Of a stretch of 64,000 bases of DNA, positions 1-9,746 are shown piece by piece; positions within the stretch are counted from its first letter, which is position 1; every line of letters starts with the position of its first letter. Both the position numbers and the translations under genes were made by a program. This stretch comes from an uncultured Pseudomonadales bacterium (GTDB lineage: Bacteria > Patescibacteriota > Microgenomatia > UBA1400 > PJMF01): the NCBI GenBank assembly GCA_964633875.1, contig CAZWKL010000006.1, forward strand, positions 19,144 to 83,143. Reading direction: 5' to 3'. Under the pieces are notes generated by a model. The model was not told the origin of the DNA. It saw nothing but the letters and a program-made list of their open reading frames with translations, and searched no databases.

Positions 1-161
1 GCAAACACTACAAGACCTATAAGCATGCCCATCGCTCGTTTTACGCCCACTTCCCCTTCGCCCAATTTAGAGGTAAGCGAGGGTGGCAACGCCGTTTGCA
101 AATCATCAAAGCTGGAAACTTTTGATAATATTGCGGCAAGATTTTCTTGTTTTTCTGACAT
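1..161 (-). CDS. hypothetical protein, N-terminal fragment (gene runs off window start)
   Basis: Reverse-strand ATG at 159-161; its translation (MSEKQENLAAILSKVSSFDDLQTALPP...) reads open to the window edge. No recognised motif. Confidence 0.25.
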   Translation of the reverse strand, partial: MSEKQENLAAILSKVSSFDDLQTALPPSLTSKLGEGEVGVKRAMGMLIGLVVF

Positions 162-335
162 ATGAAGGTATTTTACCACCATTAAGGTATAAATCTATTT
201 CAATCACTTGAAGTTTATTAACTATTAACAAGAATTAACAACAGTGAGTAAATGTTGTTAATCATTAACAAAGTCGAAGTGATTGCCGCGAAGCAAATAA
301 CCCGAGATCACAGCAAGAGATGTTATACTGAAACC

Positions 336-674
336 ATGAAACTACTGCGCATCATTATTGTCGCTATTATCTTGGCAGGACTGGGCCTATTTCTCCTAGC
401 CAGACAGGCGGAAAGCAGTTTTGTGCTGAAAATTCCCTTCCTCGAGAAAACCCTGCAAATCGATACTACTAAAATCAACCAATTATCTGAAAACGCTCCG
501 GAAGAGCTCAAAACTATCACTGAACGTGGCCAAGTTGTGGGTGAACACGTGCAGAATGTGCTTGGTTCATCGGTGAAAGTAAGCGACAGCGCCCCGCCTA
601 TTCACGAGCGCGCCCTCGAGTACGGCCGCTACCTCTACTGCCAGGAGGTGGTAAAAGAGTACGAGGCAAAATAG
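336..674 (+). CDS. hypothetical membrane-anchored/secreted protein
   Basis: ORF-track 252..674. The internal Met at 336 begins a hydrophobic segment (MKLLRIIIVAIILAGLGLFLLA) and sits 6 nt after a TGnTATACT box (321-329). Confidence 0.35.
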   Translation: MKLLRIIIVAIILAGLGLFLLARQAESSFVLKIPFLEKTLQIDTTKINQLSENAPEELKTITERGQVVGEHVQNVLGSSVKVSDSAPPIHERALEYGRYLYCQEVVKEYEAK

Positions 675-683
675 TAAAATCTC

Positions 684-3026
684 CTACAAATTACTCCGAC
701 TAGTAATCTCCGCCTCAACCACATCTTTGTCCTGACCGTATTTCAGCCTGGAGAGCTGCCTGATCATCTCAGCCTGCTTGGGGTTCATTCGTGCTTTCAC
801 AATATCCATATCCTTATACAGCGACATACTGAACGGCGGCACCGGCTCGTTGTTGACGATGGTATTGACATAAACGTGATACTTCTCGATGTTGGTCAAG
901 TCGGACTCGTTGAAAGTGGGTGCAAACTCATGCTGGAGGAAGTTGGCATCCGGCACACCCACTCGGAAAGCCACCATGGTGCCGACGTTGCCGAAAACCG
1001 CGTTCTTCACTTCCTCATCAATTTGAGAAACAAACTGGTTGGCCACAATCAAATTCAGCCGGTATTTGCGAGCCTCAGACAAAATCACCGCAAAATCCTC
1101 AGTGGCGTAGTTCTGGAACTCGTCGACATAGAGATAAAAGTCCTTGCGCTCCGCCATCGGCATATCCTGGCGGCTCATAGCGGCGGTGAGCACTTTCGGC
1201 ACCAAAATGAGCCCCAAAAACTTGGCATCTTCTTCGCCCAAAATACCTTTGGAAAGATTGCAGAGGACAATTTTTTGCTCATCCATAGCCTGGCGAAAAC
1301 TAAAAGAGCTCTGCGGCTGGCCAATGATATTGCGCATGGTTTTGTTGGTCACAAACCGGCCAAACTTCGACACAATGTAGTCCAAAACTTCGGACTTGTG
1401 GAAATCAGAAGTCTGGGCAATTTGGTCTGTCCAGTAACGGCGCACCACCGGATCTTTGACGTAGGGCAGCAATTCATCCACGTACTTGCTGTCAGTGAGA
1501 ATACGTACTAGTTCAATAAAAGTGCTGCCCTTTTTGTACATGATCGTGAGCATGGCGTTGCGAATAGCGTGCTCAAACCGCGGACCAATAATGCCGGTGC
1601 GATGCGGATCATAGAGCTTGTACATCAGACCAATGACCGAGCTAACCACAAAATGCCGCTGCTCTTCGGTTTCAGCTTCCATCATGTTGAGTCCCATCGG
1701 CCGGACCAAGTCTGAGGGGTTGAAATAAATGACGTCATCAGCGCGCTCGGGCGGCATTAGTTGCAGAATGTCCTCGACAAACTCGCCGTGCGGATCAATG
1801 GCACAAACACCCTTGCCTGCTTCAATGTCCTGCAAAATCATCTCTTTAAGAAACTCCGACTTACCAGTACCAGTTTTACCAACAATGTACATGTGCCGGC
1901 GGCGGTCATCATCGCCGATGTAAATTTTCCGCTCTTCACCGCGATACTTTGAAGTACCAAGGTAAAGACCTGCTGTGGGGATTTCGTGCGGTGCCGGCGC
2001 GTTTTTGGCATTGAGCCACCGAATATGATGAGTTTCTACCGTTTTGTTGGGAAAGTGCATCATTGTCGCCAACTCCTCGGTGTTGAGAATAAAAGTGTTG
2101 CGACCAAAAAGCGGCATGTAGCGGTAAATAAAGTCAATCATGAATAAATGTTTGAGAAAAATCCGGCCGCTTTTGAAAGAATTATAAGCAGAAGTAAACT
2201 GAGCAAAAGCGCCTTTGAGATTATCTAAATGAGTGTCTGCCTGGAATTTTTCCGGAGCGGAAACTACCAGGCGCAAAGAAACTCTAAAACCGGGTTTGTC
2301 TAGCTTGTTGCCGATACTTTCCATTTCTTTGGGATCGTGAGAGTAGGTGGCTTTTTCGGGGTCGGCCTCGCGCTTTTTCTCATTGGCAGTATATTTTCGG
2401 CCCTTCTTTTGCCACCTGTTTCCTTCCGGTTGAAGCAAAATTTGTAAGATCGCGCCCTCGCCGTCACTCATTTTGGAAAAAGCGGAAGTGAGCAGTGACA
2501 GTCCATCGGTCGGTAAGTCTTTGTAGGTTTTGATCGGATAAAAATTGTGCTTGGCCAACTTAAGAGAAGCAAACTCAACTCGGCCTTTTTCATTAAAAAT
2601 ATTGACTTCATCTACTTCCTTAATACTGGCGTTGGGATAAGCTCCGTAGATTTGTTTTTCCACCAAATCTTGAATTTTTCTGGAACAACTGACATAAAAA
2701 GCAATGTCTTCTTTGAGAGCCACAATTTCGAAGGCAAAAATATCTTCAGCTTTGATAAATGACCAAAAACCGCCTTTTTTGAGTGAGTAAAGACCGGCGA
2801 ACATCTGCTCGGCGGCATCAATTTTGATCTCGTTGTCGCGCGGCAGTTTCACCAGCAGAGTCACAAAATTGAGGGCATACTTTTCGCGATTACGATGTTT
2901 GTACCACTGAAAAAGCATGTAGCCAAAAACGGCCAAAATAGCAGCAGCCAACAACAACATCAATAAAGACAAAAAGAGCTGCAACAGCATTTGACTAAAA
3001 TTAGTAGTAGCGAGCGTGTCAAACAT
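684..3026 (-). CDS. type IV secretion coupling-protein-like ATPase (VirD4/TraD/TrwB family)
   Basis: N-terminal TM helix; Walker A IVGKTGTGKSEF; Walker B-like LYVDEFQNY; 780 aa. Architecture matches T4SS coupling proteins (TrwB_AAD_bind-type). Confidence 0.6.
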   Translation of the reverse strand: MFDTLATTNFSQMLLQLFLSLLMLLLAAAILAVFGYMLFQWYKHRNREKYALNFVTLLVKLPRDNEIKIDAAEQMFAGLYSLKKGGFWSFIKAEDIFAFEIVALKEDIAFYVSCSRKIQDLVEKQIYGAYPNASIKEVDEVNIFNEKGRVEFASLKLAKHNFYPIKTYKDLPTDGLSLLTSAFSKMSDGEGAILQILLQPEGNRWQKKGRKYTANEKKREADPEKATYSHDPKEMESIGNKLDKPGFRVSLRLVVSAPEKFQADTHLDNLKGAFAQFTSAYNSFKSGRIFLKHLFMIDFIYRYMPLFGRNTFILNTEELATMMHFPNKTVETHHIRWLNAKNAPAPHEIPTAGLYLGTSKYRGEERKIYIGDDDRRRHMYIVGKTGTGKSEFLKEMILQDIEAGKGVCAIDPHGEFVEDILQLMPPERADDVIYFNPSDLVRPMGLNMMEAETEEQRHFVVSSVIGLMYKLYDPHRTGIIGPRFEHAIRNAMLTIMYKKGSTFIELVRILTDSKYVDELLPYVKDPVVRRYWTDQIAQTSDFHKSEVLDYIVSKFGRFVTNKTMRNIIGQPQSSFSFRQAMDEQKIVLCNLSKGILGEEDAKFLGLILVPKVLTAAMSRQDMPMAERKDFYLYVDEFQNYATEDFAVILSEARKYRLNLIVANQFVSQIDEEVKNAVFGNVGTMVAFRVGVPDANFLQHEFAPTFNESDLTNIEKYHVYVNTIVNNEPVPPFSMSLYKDMDIVKARMNPKQAEMIRQLSRLKYGQDKDVVEAEITSRSNL

Positions 3027-3044
3027 ACTTAGATTATACTTTTT

Positions 3045-3584
3045 CTAGACTTTTTCTTGCCGGTAAATAACTTTGCCAGCAAACATTTTAATGATTTTCT
3101 GACTCCATTCTACCAACCAGCGAATACTAAAGGTGTGGTTCTTTTTCAGACCGGCATCTTCGATTTCTTCGGTGATGGGCAAAACGATGACCGGCCGGCT
3201 AGGATAGGTGGCGGTATCACTTTCTTGGGTGCCGTCGGCGATGAAAATTTCCGGCGGTTTTTGGTCGGCAATATCTTCAACTTTTTGCAAGTAGCCTTCT
3301 ACTTCTACCGGTATTTCGGGGGATTTTTCCTGCTCGACGTATTGAATGGCGCCAACGTCAAACGGGCTGAGATCCGGGCTGGTGTTGGCTTCAGCAGCTT
3401 CTTTGGCGCCAGTAGAGGTTGGTGCAGGTGGATTGAGTTGAACATCGGCTTGATCGAGTGAGTCGAGTACTTGAGAAAAAAGCGCCAGTTTTTGGGTATC
3501 AGACAAATTCCCGGCACCGGGGATGGGGTTGGGGCTGGCGGGACTAGCCGTCACTGATGATGGAACTTGGGCAGCGTTGTTCAT
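3045..3584 (-). CDS. hypothetical protein (Pro/Ser-rich N-terminus), co-directional with upstream lgt and downstream coupling ATPase
   Basis: 179-aa ORF in the same operon-like minus-strand run; no motif recognised. Confidence 0.35.
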   Translation of the reverse strand: MNNAAQVPSSVTASPASPNPIPGAGNLSDTQKLALFSQVLDSLDQADVQLNPPAPTSTGAKEAAEANTSPDLSPFDVGAIQYVEQEKSPEIPVEVEGYLQKVEDIADQKPPEIFIADGTQESDTATYPSRPVIVLPITEEIEDAGLKKNHTFSIRWLVEWSQKIIKMFAGKVIYRQEKV

Positions 3585-3613
3585 GAACTAAAGACAATGA
3601 TATCATCTCCAGG

Positions 3614-4852
3614 TTATTTAACCAAGAATACGGTGCTGCCGATGGCAATTCCCAGTTCGTGGGATTTGCCGGCAGGAATTTCCAAGACCATATCGGCTGC
3701 TGCTTGAGGAGAATATCGGGGGAGCTGGCTTAATGACACGTTTTTTTCGGGAATGGGGGCGCTGGGGGTGATTTCAATTACCTGATTTTCGGCAATCCAA
3801 ATTATGTCTATGGAAAATTTCATCTCTTTCATCCAAAAAGAAAGCGGTTGTTTCTCGGAGAAAATAAACAGCATGCCGTCGCTGCCAAGCTCATCTCTGC
3901 CGCTCAAGCCAAGCGCCATTTTTTCCGGCGTAGTCACTGTTTCAACTTGGAGTTCGTGATTATTGATGATTAGTTTAGTTGTGTTTAGTTGAGGTGTAGC
4001 AGGCGGAATAAATGATGCAGCTACAACAACCAACACGGTTAGGATTGTGGCGGCCGCGAGGACTTGGTGTTTTCGAGCGCGAAAATACTGCAAGTGTCTG
4101 CCAACAGCCAGTAAGACAACCGTCGCGGCCGCCATCACCACTTGATTGACACCCAAGCTCACATCTGCCAAAACTGCTTTATCTGGCCGCAAAAAATCCA
4201 GCCAAAATCTAACCAGAGAATAATACGTCAAGAAAGCCCAAAAATAAAAGCCGCTGCCAACTGGAGGCGAATTTTTAGCGTTGCCTTTCTCCCATATCCA
4301 AGCCAAAAAGCCGGTCATGAGGATCATTTCGTAAGCGAAGAGCGGATGATAATAGGCTTCAGCACTGAACTTTGCCAGCCTATTTTCGGGAGGAATAAAA
4401 ATTTTCCAAGGTAAGTTAGTGGGCAAACCATACAGTTCACCGTTAATCCAGTTGGCAACCCTGCCAATAATTTGCGCCAGCGGAAAACCAAAAACCGCCA
4501 AGTCAGCCAACTCAAGAAAGCTTCGCCCTCGGCACGCCGGCAACAATCTGGCTGCTAATTGCAAGCCCAAAGCTCCACCAACAACCGCGCCAAAAATACT
4601 TAAACCGCCTTGCCAGATTTGCCCAACTACAACCAAATTACCTTGATACAAAGGCCAATCTGTCAAAACATGCCAAAGCCGGGCACCAAAGAGACCAAAA
4701 ATTAAAGCCAGCGCACCCGCTTGCCAAACACCAGCCTGAGGAAACTGCTCTCGCACCGCTTTCTTTTCAATTAACCAAAAAGCCGCCAACACCGCCACAC
4801 CAAGAATTAAACCATACAGATGCCAAGTAACGCCTAAAAATGCAAAGCTCAT
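3614..4852 (-). CDS. lgt: prolipoprotein diacylglyceryl transferase fused to a C-terminal DUF192-like domain
   Basis: Lgt signature IGRVANWINGELYG with multiple TM helices. The C-terminal ~110 aa (GMLFIFSEKQPLSFWMKEMKFSIDIIWI) resembles DUF192. Confidence 0.7.
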   Translation of the reverse strand: MSFAFLGVTWHLYGLILGVAVLAAFWLIEKKAVREQFPQAGVWQAGALALIFGLFGARLWHVLTDWPLYQGNLVVVGQIWQGGLSIFGAVVGGALGLQLAARLLPACRGRSFLELADLAVFGFPLAQIIGRVANWINGELYGLPTNLPWKIFIPPENRLAKFSAEAYYHPLFAYEMILMTGFLAWIWEKGNAKNSPPVGSGFYFWAFLTYYSLVRFWLDFLRPDKAVLADVSLGVNQVVMAAATVVLLAVGRHLQYFRARKHQVLAAATILTVLVVVAASFIPPATPQLNTTKLIINNHELQVETVTTPEKMALGLSGRDELGSDGMLFIFSEKQPLSFWMKEMKFSIDIIWIAENQVIEITPSAPIPEKNVSLSQLPRYSPQAAADMVLEIPAGKSHELGIAIGSTVFLVK

Positions 4853-4853
4853 A

Positions 4854-5390
4854 TTAAAAAATAATTACTAAAATACTAAAAATCACCGCAAAAATGCCCA
4901 GTCCCCGTATGTACCACTCCACATCCACGGCAGTAGCCGGGCGATTGAGCTGGTACAAGTAGCGCTGTTTAAAATACTCAAGGTCTTTTTTAGCCAACAA
5001 AAATTCGACCAATAAAAATACCGCCAAACCTAACAACATCCCCACGCCTAGCGTGCTGCCGGTGGACGTCATCATAAAAACGCCGAGAGGCAAGAGGGAC
5101 AGAATGAAAAGCAGCGACCTGGTGATGAGTTTTTTAGCCGGCGCTGCTGGAGCTTCCGGCGCTTCTGACAGCTCCGGTGTTGGCGGCTGGCCCTCTTGTT
5201 CACGGTAATACTCGTAAAGCCAGTTTTCATCCATCCATAAAATCAGCGCTCCGGCATACATGCCAGCCGCCAGCATCACCGTGGCTAAAAGCGGCTCAAC
5301 CTCGGCCCCACTCTTCAGTAAATAAAAAAAACCTCCATACACCAGAGGAATAATAATTTGAATTAGGAGCAGGCGGAGATTTTTTTTCAT
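4854..5390 (-). CDS. hypothetical integral membrane protein
   Basis: 178 aa with four predicted hydrophobic helices; 1-nt gap to lgt. Confidence 0.4.
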   Translation of the reverse strand: MKKNLRLLLIQIIIPLVYGGFFYLLKSGAEVEPLLATVMLAAGMYAGALILWMDENWLYEYYREQEGQPPTPELSEAPEAPAAPAKKLITRSLLFILSLLPLGVFMMTSTGSTLGVGMLLGLAVFLLVEFLLAKKDLEYFKQRYLYQLNRPATAVDVEWYIRGLGIFAVIFSILVIIF

Positions 5391-5396
5391 TCTTCC

Positions 5397-6584
5397 CTAT
5401 TCGGCCGCAATTAAATCTAAAAACTCTTTATACAAAATGATTTTCTGCACACTATCATCCACATGTCTGGCAAAAACTGCATCAGTTTCATAATTTTCCA
5501 CCAAAATTGCCACAATTTCTGCCAAATCCTCATCCGACACAGCCTGATCATACAAAAGCACATCGTTGCCCGCTCTCACCGCCTGTGCGCTTACTTCAGC
5601 CAAAGTTTTCCTAGCTTCTCCTGCCTGAGAGTAAAAAACCGCTTCCATGGTCAAGCTATCGGTAAAAGTCAGCACCAAGGGAAAGTAGCGGTGCAGCGCG
5701 CCCACACATTCCGGACTGAGCGAACAGGGCGTGTTTGGATCACTACTATTACTCACTCCCGCATGAGTAATCATCACCCCCGCTTGCGGAAAGCGGTTCA
5801 GCAAGTTGTTGTAAAGCAGGCTGGTTTCGTCATCAACCGTCACTTGAGCAAAGTTAAAATGCAAGTCGCGAGTAGCGCTGCCAATACCAGGAAAATGCTT
5901 ATACACCGGCAAAATATTTTTGCTAATAAATGCCTCTGAAAACTCGGCCGAGCTTGAAGCCACCAGTTCCGAATCAGCTCCACAAACCCGGTTACCCAAA
6001 ATATGATTATTAACCGCCAGATCCAACACCGGTGCCAAAACAAAATTTACTCCTGTTTCAGCCAATTCCCGGCTTGATTGTTCCAACAGTTCTTGCCGCT
6101 CCGATTCTTCGGCTGCGCAGAGTTCCCGCCAGCTTGGCAACTCGGTATAACCAATACCGTTCAAGCGCTGTACCTCGCCACCCTCATGATCGACGGCAAC
6201 CGCCGGCAGCAACAACTTCCCCCTGGATTGAGGCAACGACCGAAGCGCGGCAATCACTTCAGTAATTTGAGACTTGCGAAGCTCATCACCAAAAACTAAC
6301 AAAAATCCGGGATTTTCGCGCTCAAGCCACTCCGTACTGACCGGCGCCGACTCCGTTGCTACCAATGGCACGGCCAACATTTGAGTTACTTTTTCCCTGG
6401 GAGTTAGGCTATTATAAGCCGCTGCAGTGGCCGGAATTTCCGGCTCCGGCTCTGCCACCACCACAGTTTCACCTGCACGTTGATTCCGGTTCGCAAAAGG
6501 CTTAGCAAAATAATTGTAGCCAAGCATCAGCATCAGGATAAACAATAAGAAAATAAATAAGCGAGTCCTTCGATGTTGAGGCAT
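5397..6584 (-). CDS. nagZ: glycoside hydrolase family 3 beta-N-acetylhexosaminidase-like (NagZ-like), membrane-anchored
   Basis: KHFPGIG motif (GH3 KHFPGHG), N-terminal TM helix, 395 aa. Confidence 0.6.
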   Translation of the reverse strand: MPQHRRTRLFIFLLFILMLMLGYNYFAKPFANRNQRAGETVVVAEPEPEIPATAAAYNSLTPREKVTQMLAVPLVATESAPVSTEWLERENPGFLLVFGDELRKSQITEVIAALRSLPQSRGKLLLPAVAVDHEGGEVQRLNGIGYTELPSWRELCAAEESERQELLEQSSRELAETGVNFVLAPVLDLAVNNHILGNRVCGADSELVASSSAEFSEAFISKNILPVYKHFPGIGSATRDLHFNFAQVTVDDETSLLYNNLLNRFPQAGVMITHAGVSNSSDPNTPCSLSPECVGALHRYFPLVLTFTDSLTMEAVFYSQAGEARKTLAEVSAQAVRAGNDVLLYDQAVSDEDLAEIVAILVENYETDAVFARHVDDSVQKIILYKEFLDLIAAE

Positions 6585-6596
6585 AGGTGTATTGTA

Positions 6597-6986
6597 CTAG
6601 AAAAGCTCTTGCTGTTCTTCCTCAAGCTCTTGTGACTGCTGTGACTTCTTCTTTTCGTCCAGCTCTTTTTTTAACTGAGACACTTTCCACATAAACAGCC
6701 TAGCTTTACTCTTGGCAGTGTCAGCGTCGCTCACAAAAGACAGCGCCCGCTCCAAAATCCCCCGGTCTTCCACTTTGGCCATCCGAATGTAAAGAGCTTT
6801 ATGTTCCAAATCATCAAGTTCAACCGCCAAACGGTAACCAAAATCTTGAAATTCCTGAGTGATGTAACCTTTAGATTGTTTAAATTGGTACCCCTTGATC
6901 AAAGAATCCAGTGAAGCAAATTTTTCCTCTTTTTGCTTAAGTTTTTTATCTTGAGTATTTGACTGGTGAGAAGAACCCCTGGCCAT
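6597..6986 (-). CDS. hypothetical coiled-coil protein
   Basis: ORF-track 6597..7004; charged, K/E-rich C-terminus. Start taken at the second Met. Confidence 0.3.
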   Translation of the reverse strand: MARGSSHQSNTQDKKLKQKEEKFASLDSLIKGYQFKQSKGYITQEFQDFGYRLAVELDDLEHKALYIRMAKVEDRGILERALSFVSDADTAKSKARLFMWKVSQLKKELDEKKKSQQSQELEEEQQELF

Positions 6987-7007
6987 AGCGCCATTATATA
7001 GCACTCA

Positions 7008-8249
7008 CTAAATCGGCGGCTCCAACTCTTTGTTTTCGCGCACCAACAAGCTAAACATGACACCAACACTGGCAAAAACAAAAATTCCGGTCCAACCGCC
7101 ATTCAACAAGAAGAAGATCACAAACGCCAACCAGAAAAATACCGCCGCCGTATTAACAATCACCTCGCGGTAAATAAAGTAAGAAAAGGCCCGGCTACCC
7201 TTGCCTCGCTTAATCACGGCTGTATCAAAGAAAAGTGCGTGAACATTAGCTGCCAACCGGTCAAAAGTATCCGACAAAATTATGCCCCAAACCGTAAAAA
7301 CTTGAGTCCGCAAAAGCCAAATAACTGAAAGCAAACCGCCAGACAGATAAAAAGGTTTTTTGTTGCGAGTTCTGTCAATATAAACACCGGTAAAGAAAGT
7401 CACCAACATCGCCAAGAAAAGCGAAATGGTGTAGAGATACCCGACTTTGTCGATGGTGCCCAGCAGCAAAAATACATAAAGTGGCCACAAAAAAACCGCG
7501 GCATCATAAATGTACTTCCCCATCATTGAGGCGGCCAGCCGGCCATACTGTCTTTCCTGCAACCAAGCAAAAAACTCTTGCCAACTCACTTGGAAGCGCG
7601 ACTCTTTCTCATCCATCAGCAAAACCAAACTCACCGAAATCAAAGTCATCACCATGCCCAGTAAGAAAAGTACTTCCATACCGATAAGATAAGCAATTAG
7701 ACCGCTGACGGCCGGTGCCACCACCCCCACCACCTGCAAAAGCAGCTGCAGCATACCCATATCCTGACCCATGCTGGCGCGCTTAGTATTTTTGCTCAAA
7801 ATAGTGAGGTAACTGGCCCAAAAAACCGGAGTTTGCAGACCATTGACCACCGCTACCAGCAAGTACAAACGCAAATTGGGAGCACTGCTCAAATAAAACA
7901 ACAAAATAAACTGCACCAGATAAAGAAGGTAGGAAAAGACAAAAGTTTTTTGATAGCCGATTTTGACAGCAAGCTTACCCGCCCAAATGCTAAAAAGGGC
8001 GCTGAGACTGGCGCTAATAATATAATAAACACCGATAGCCAACATACCCCGCTGCAAATTGGATACTGCCAAAAACTCAAAAATTGCCGTCTGGCTACCG
8101 ACTTGATAAAGAAAAATCGGCAGAAAAAACAGGGCAAACTTGCTCATTAAGTCGCGGCAAACTCTCAAGCCATACAAAATTTTGAGGTTGCGAGTGTGAT
8201 TGATGTGAAATCTGGGTAGAGGGAGGTAGCGACCTCTGCTTCTGGGCAT
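7008..8249 (-). CDS. polytopic membrane protein, transporter-like (possibly MFS)
   Basis: About 10-12 hydrophobic helices across 413 aa. Confidence 0.4.
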   Translation of the reverse strand: MPRSRGRYLPLPRFHINHTRNLKILYGLRVCRDLMSKFALFFLPIFLYQVGSQTAIFEFLAVSNLQRGMLAIGVYYIISASLSALFSIWAGKLAVKIGYQKTFVFSYLLYLVQFILLFYLSSAPNLRLYLLVAVVNGLQTPVFWASYLTILSKNTKRASMGQDMGMLQLLLQVVGVVAPAVSGLIAYLIGMEVLFLLGMVMTLISVSLVLLMDEKESRFQVSWQEFFAWLQERQYGRLAASMMGKYIYDAAVFLWPLYVFLLLGTIDKVGYLYTISLFLAMLVTFFTGVYIDRTRNKKPFYLSGGLLSVIWLLRTQVFTVWGIILSDTFDRLAANVHALFFDTAVIKRGKGSRAFSYFIYREVIVNTAAVFFWLAFVIFFLLNGGWTGIFVFASVGVMFSLLVRENKELEPPI

Positions 8250-8256
8250 AATAAAC

Positions 8257-8790
8257 TTAATGTTTCATCTGAATGTGGGCAAATAATTCTTGTGTTAATT
8301 CGTTGGTGGCGCGTTCAAATTTTGCTTTTTCATTGGTGGAAAAGCGCTCTAAAACATAATCACTTGAGTCCAGCAAGCGACTGCCATCCCTGGTGTCTAC
8401 GCCCACGCGCACATGCCAAAAATTTTTGGTGCCCAAGTGCTGATAGACAGAAAGCAGACCGTTGTGGCTCTGCGGACCAGTGCCAAACTGGATCTTGTAC
8501 TGGCCAAGTTCCAAATCCAGATCATCGTGAATTACATACAGGTCTTTGGTTTCCGCCTGGTAGTAATCCAAAATTGCCCTCACCGGCTGGCCTGAGAGGT
8601 TCATGTAGGTGGTGGGTTTGGCAAAAAGCAAAGTCTGTTTTTTGCAAATCTGGGCGGAAACCTTGGGTTGATTGGTGAAGTTATCGCAAACAAACTTGCT
8701 GGCAAGCTTATCCAAGACCACAAAACCGGCATTATGCCTGGTTCCCTTAAATGATTCTTCCGGGTTGCCTAGACCAACAATGACTTTCAT
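8257..8790 (-). CDS. pth: peptidyl-tRNA hydrolase
   Basis: Signature MKVIVGLGNPEESFKGTRHNAGF. Start moved to the internal Met (ORF-track start 8844 would overlap the divergent gene). Confidence 0.8.
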   Translation of the reverse strand: MKVIVGLGNPEESFKGTRHNAGFVVLDKLASKFVCDNFTNQPKVSAQICKKQTLLFAKPTTYMNLSGQPVRAILDYYQAETKDLYVIHDDLDLELGQYKIQFGTGPQSHNGLLSVYQHLGTKNFWHVRVGVDTRDGSRLLDSSDYVLERFSTNEKAKFERATNELTQELFAHIQMKH

Positions 8791-8837
8791 GCCTTCATTG
8801 TAACATTCATAGCCGCTTGCGGTATAATGGTCAAGAT

Positions 8838-9725
8838 ATGTCAAAAAGCATCACCAAAAATCAAGCGCGCCAGCCCTATTTTAGCATTATCATTCCTACC
8901 CTCAATGAAGAAAAATACTTACCCAAATTATTGGCAGATTTGGCAAAACAAACTAGCGACTCTTTTGAAGTGATTCACGTTGATGGCAGTTCCGAAGACA
9001 AGACCGTTTCAGAGGCTAAAAAATTCGCCAACAAAATTGCTCTTCAAAGCTTTGTGGTCAAAAAAAGAAATGTTGCTTTCCAGAGAAATTATGGCGCCAG
9101 CAAGGCCAAAGGAAAGTGGTTGGTATTTGTAGATGCTGATAACAATCTGCCCCGATATTTTCTTGACGGCCTCAAGTATCAGCTGGCTAAACGTGCAAAC
9201 GTTGACACTTTCACCACTTGGCTTGAGCTTGATAATGGCGGCCAACTCAACAAGGCTATAGAGCGTACTATTAACTACAGTTTCGAGCTTTACAAAGTTT
9301 TGGGTAAAGATGTGGCGATGGGAGCGATGATTGGCGCCCGCAGAGATATTTTTAACCGGTTTCAGTTTGACGAGCGGCAAAAAGTTTATGAAGACACTCT
9401 TTTCATTCAGCAGACAATCAAACATGGGTATAACTACGATATTTTCCATGAACCCAGATACAGCACTTCATTGAGAAGAATGGAAAAAGAAGGCAAGTTG
9501 AAAATGATTTTAATGATTGCGCTGATGAACCTGCGCTACCTGCAAGGAAAAGATTTTTCCTCTATCAATCACGGCTACGTGATGCAAGGAGGTGGTTATT
9601 ACGCTGAGGAAAGTAGCTCTCAGCTGCAAAATTTTCAGAAATTTATCAAAAATACTTCCAAAAAACAACTTTGGCAAGCCAGAAAAGTTTGGAATTACAT
9701 TAAGTCCGAGCTAGAAAACGACTGA
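8838..9725 (+). CDS. family 2 glycosyltransferase
   Basis: FSIIIPTLNEE ... VFVDADN motifs (GT2 DxD fold). The ORF-track start 8817 is a TTG overlapping a TATAAT box (8823-8828); the ATG at 8838 is preferred. Confidence 0.6.
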   Translation: MSKSITKNQARQPYFSIIIPTLNEEKYLPKLLADLAKQTSDSFEVIHVDGSSEDKTVSEAKKFANKIALQSFVVKKRNVAFQRNYGASKAKGKWLVFVDADNNLPRYFLDGLKYQLAKRANVDTFTTWLELDNGGQLNKAIERTINYSFELYKVLGKDVAMGAMIGARRDIFNRFQFDERQKVYEDTLFIQQTIKHGYNYDIFHEPRYSTSLRRMEKEGKLKMILMIALMNLRYLQGKDFSSINHGYVMQGGGYYAEESSSQLQNFQKFIKNTSKKQLWQARKVWNYIKSELEND

Positions 9726-9746
9726 AAATGACTATTGGTCTATCAT

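Noticed and set aside
252-335. Upstream extension of ORF 252..674 (and TTG-initiated extensions at 8817, 22575, 36702 and 44899)
   Set aside because: The extensions overlap -10 promoter hexamers and add non-hydrophobic residues before an obvious signal/TM or conserved N-terminus. Internal ATG starts are more plausible.
876-1511. 211-aa plus-strand ORF (and several 60-90-aa ORFs) inside the coupling-ATPase gene
   Set aside because: It lies antisense to a gene with Walker A/B motifs, carries no motifs of its own, and its composition is dominated by reverse-frame codon bias.
5463-5939. 158-aa plus-strand ORF within the NagZ-like gene; similarly 16353..16832 and 15824..16339 within the SpoIID gene
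   Set aside because: These are antisense or overlapping shadows of longer ORFs that have recognisable family motifs.
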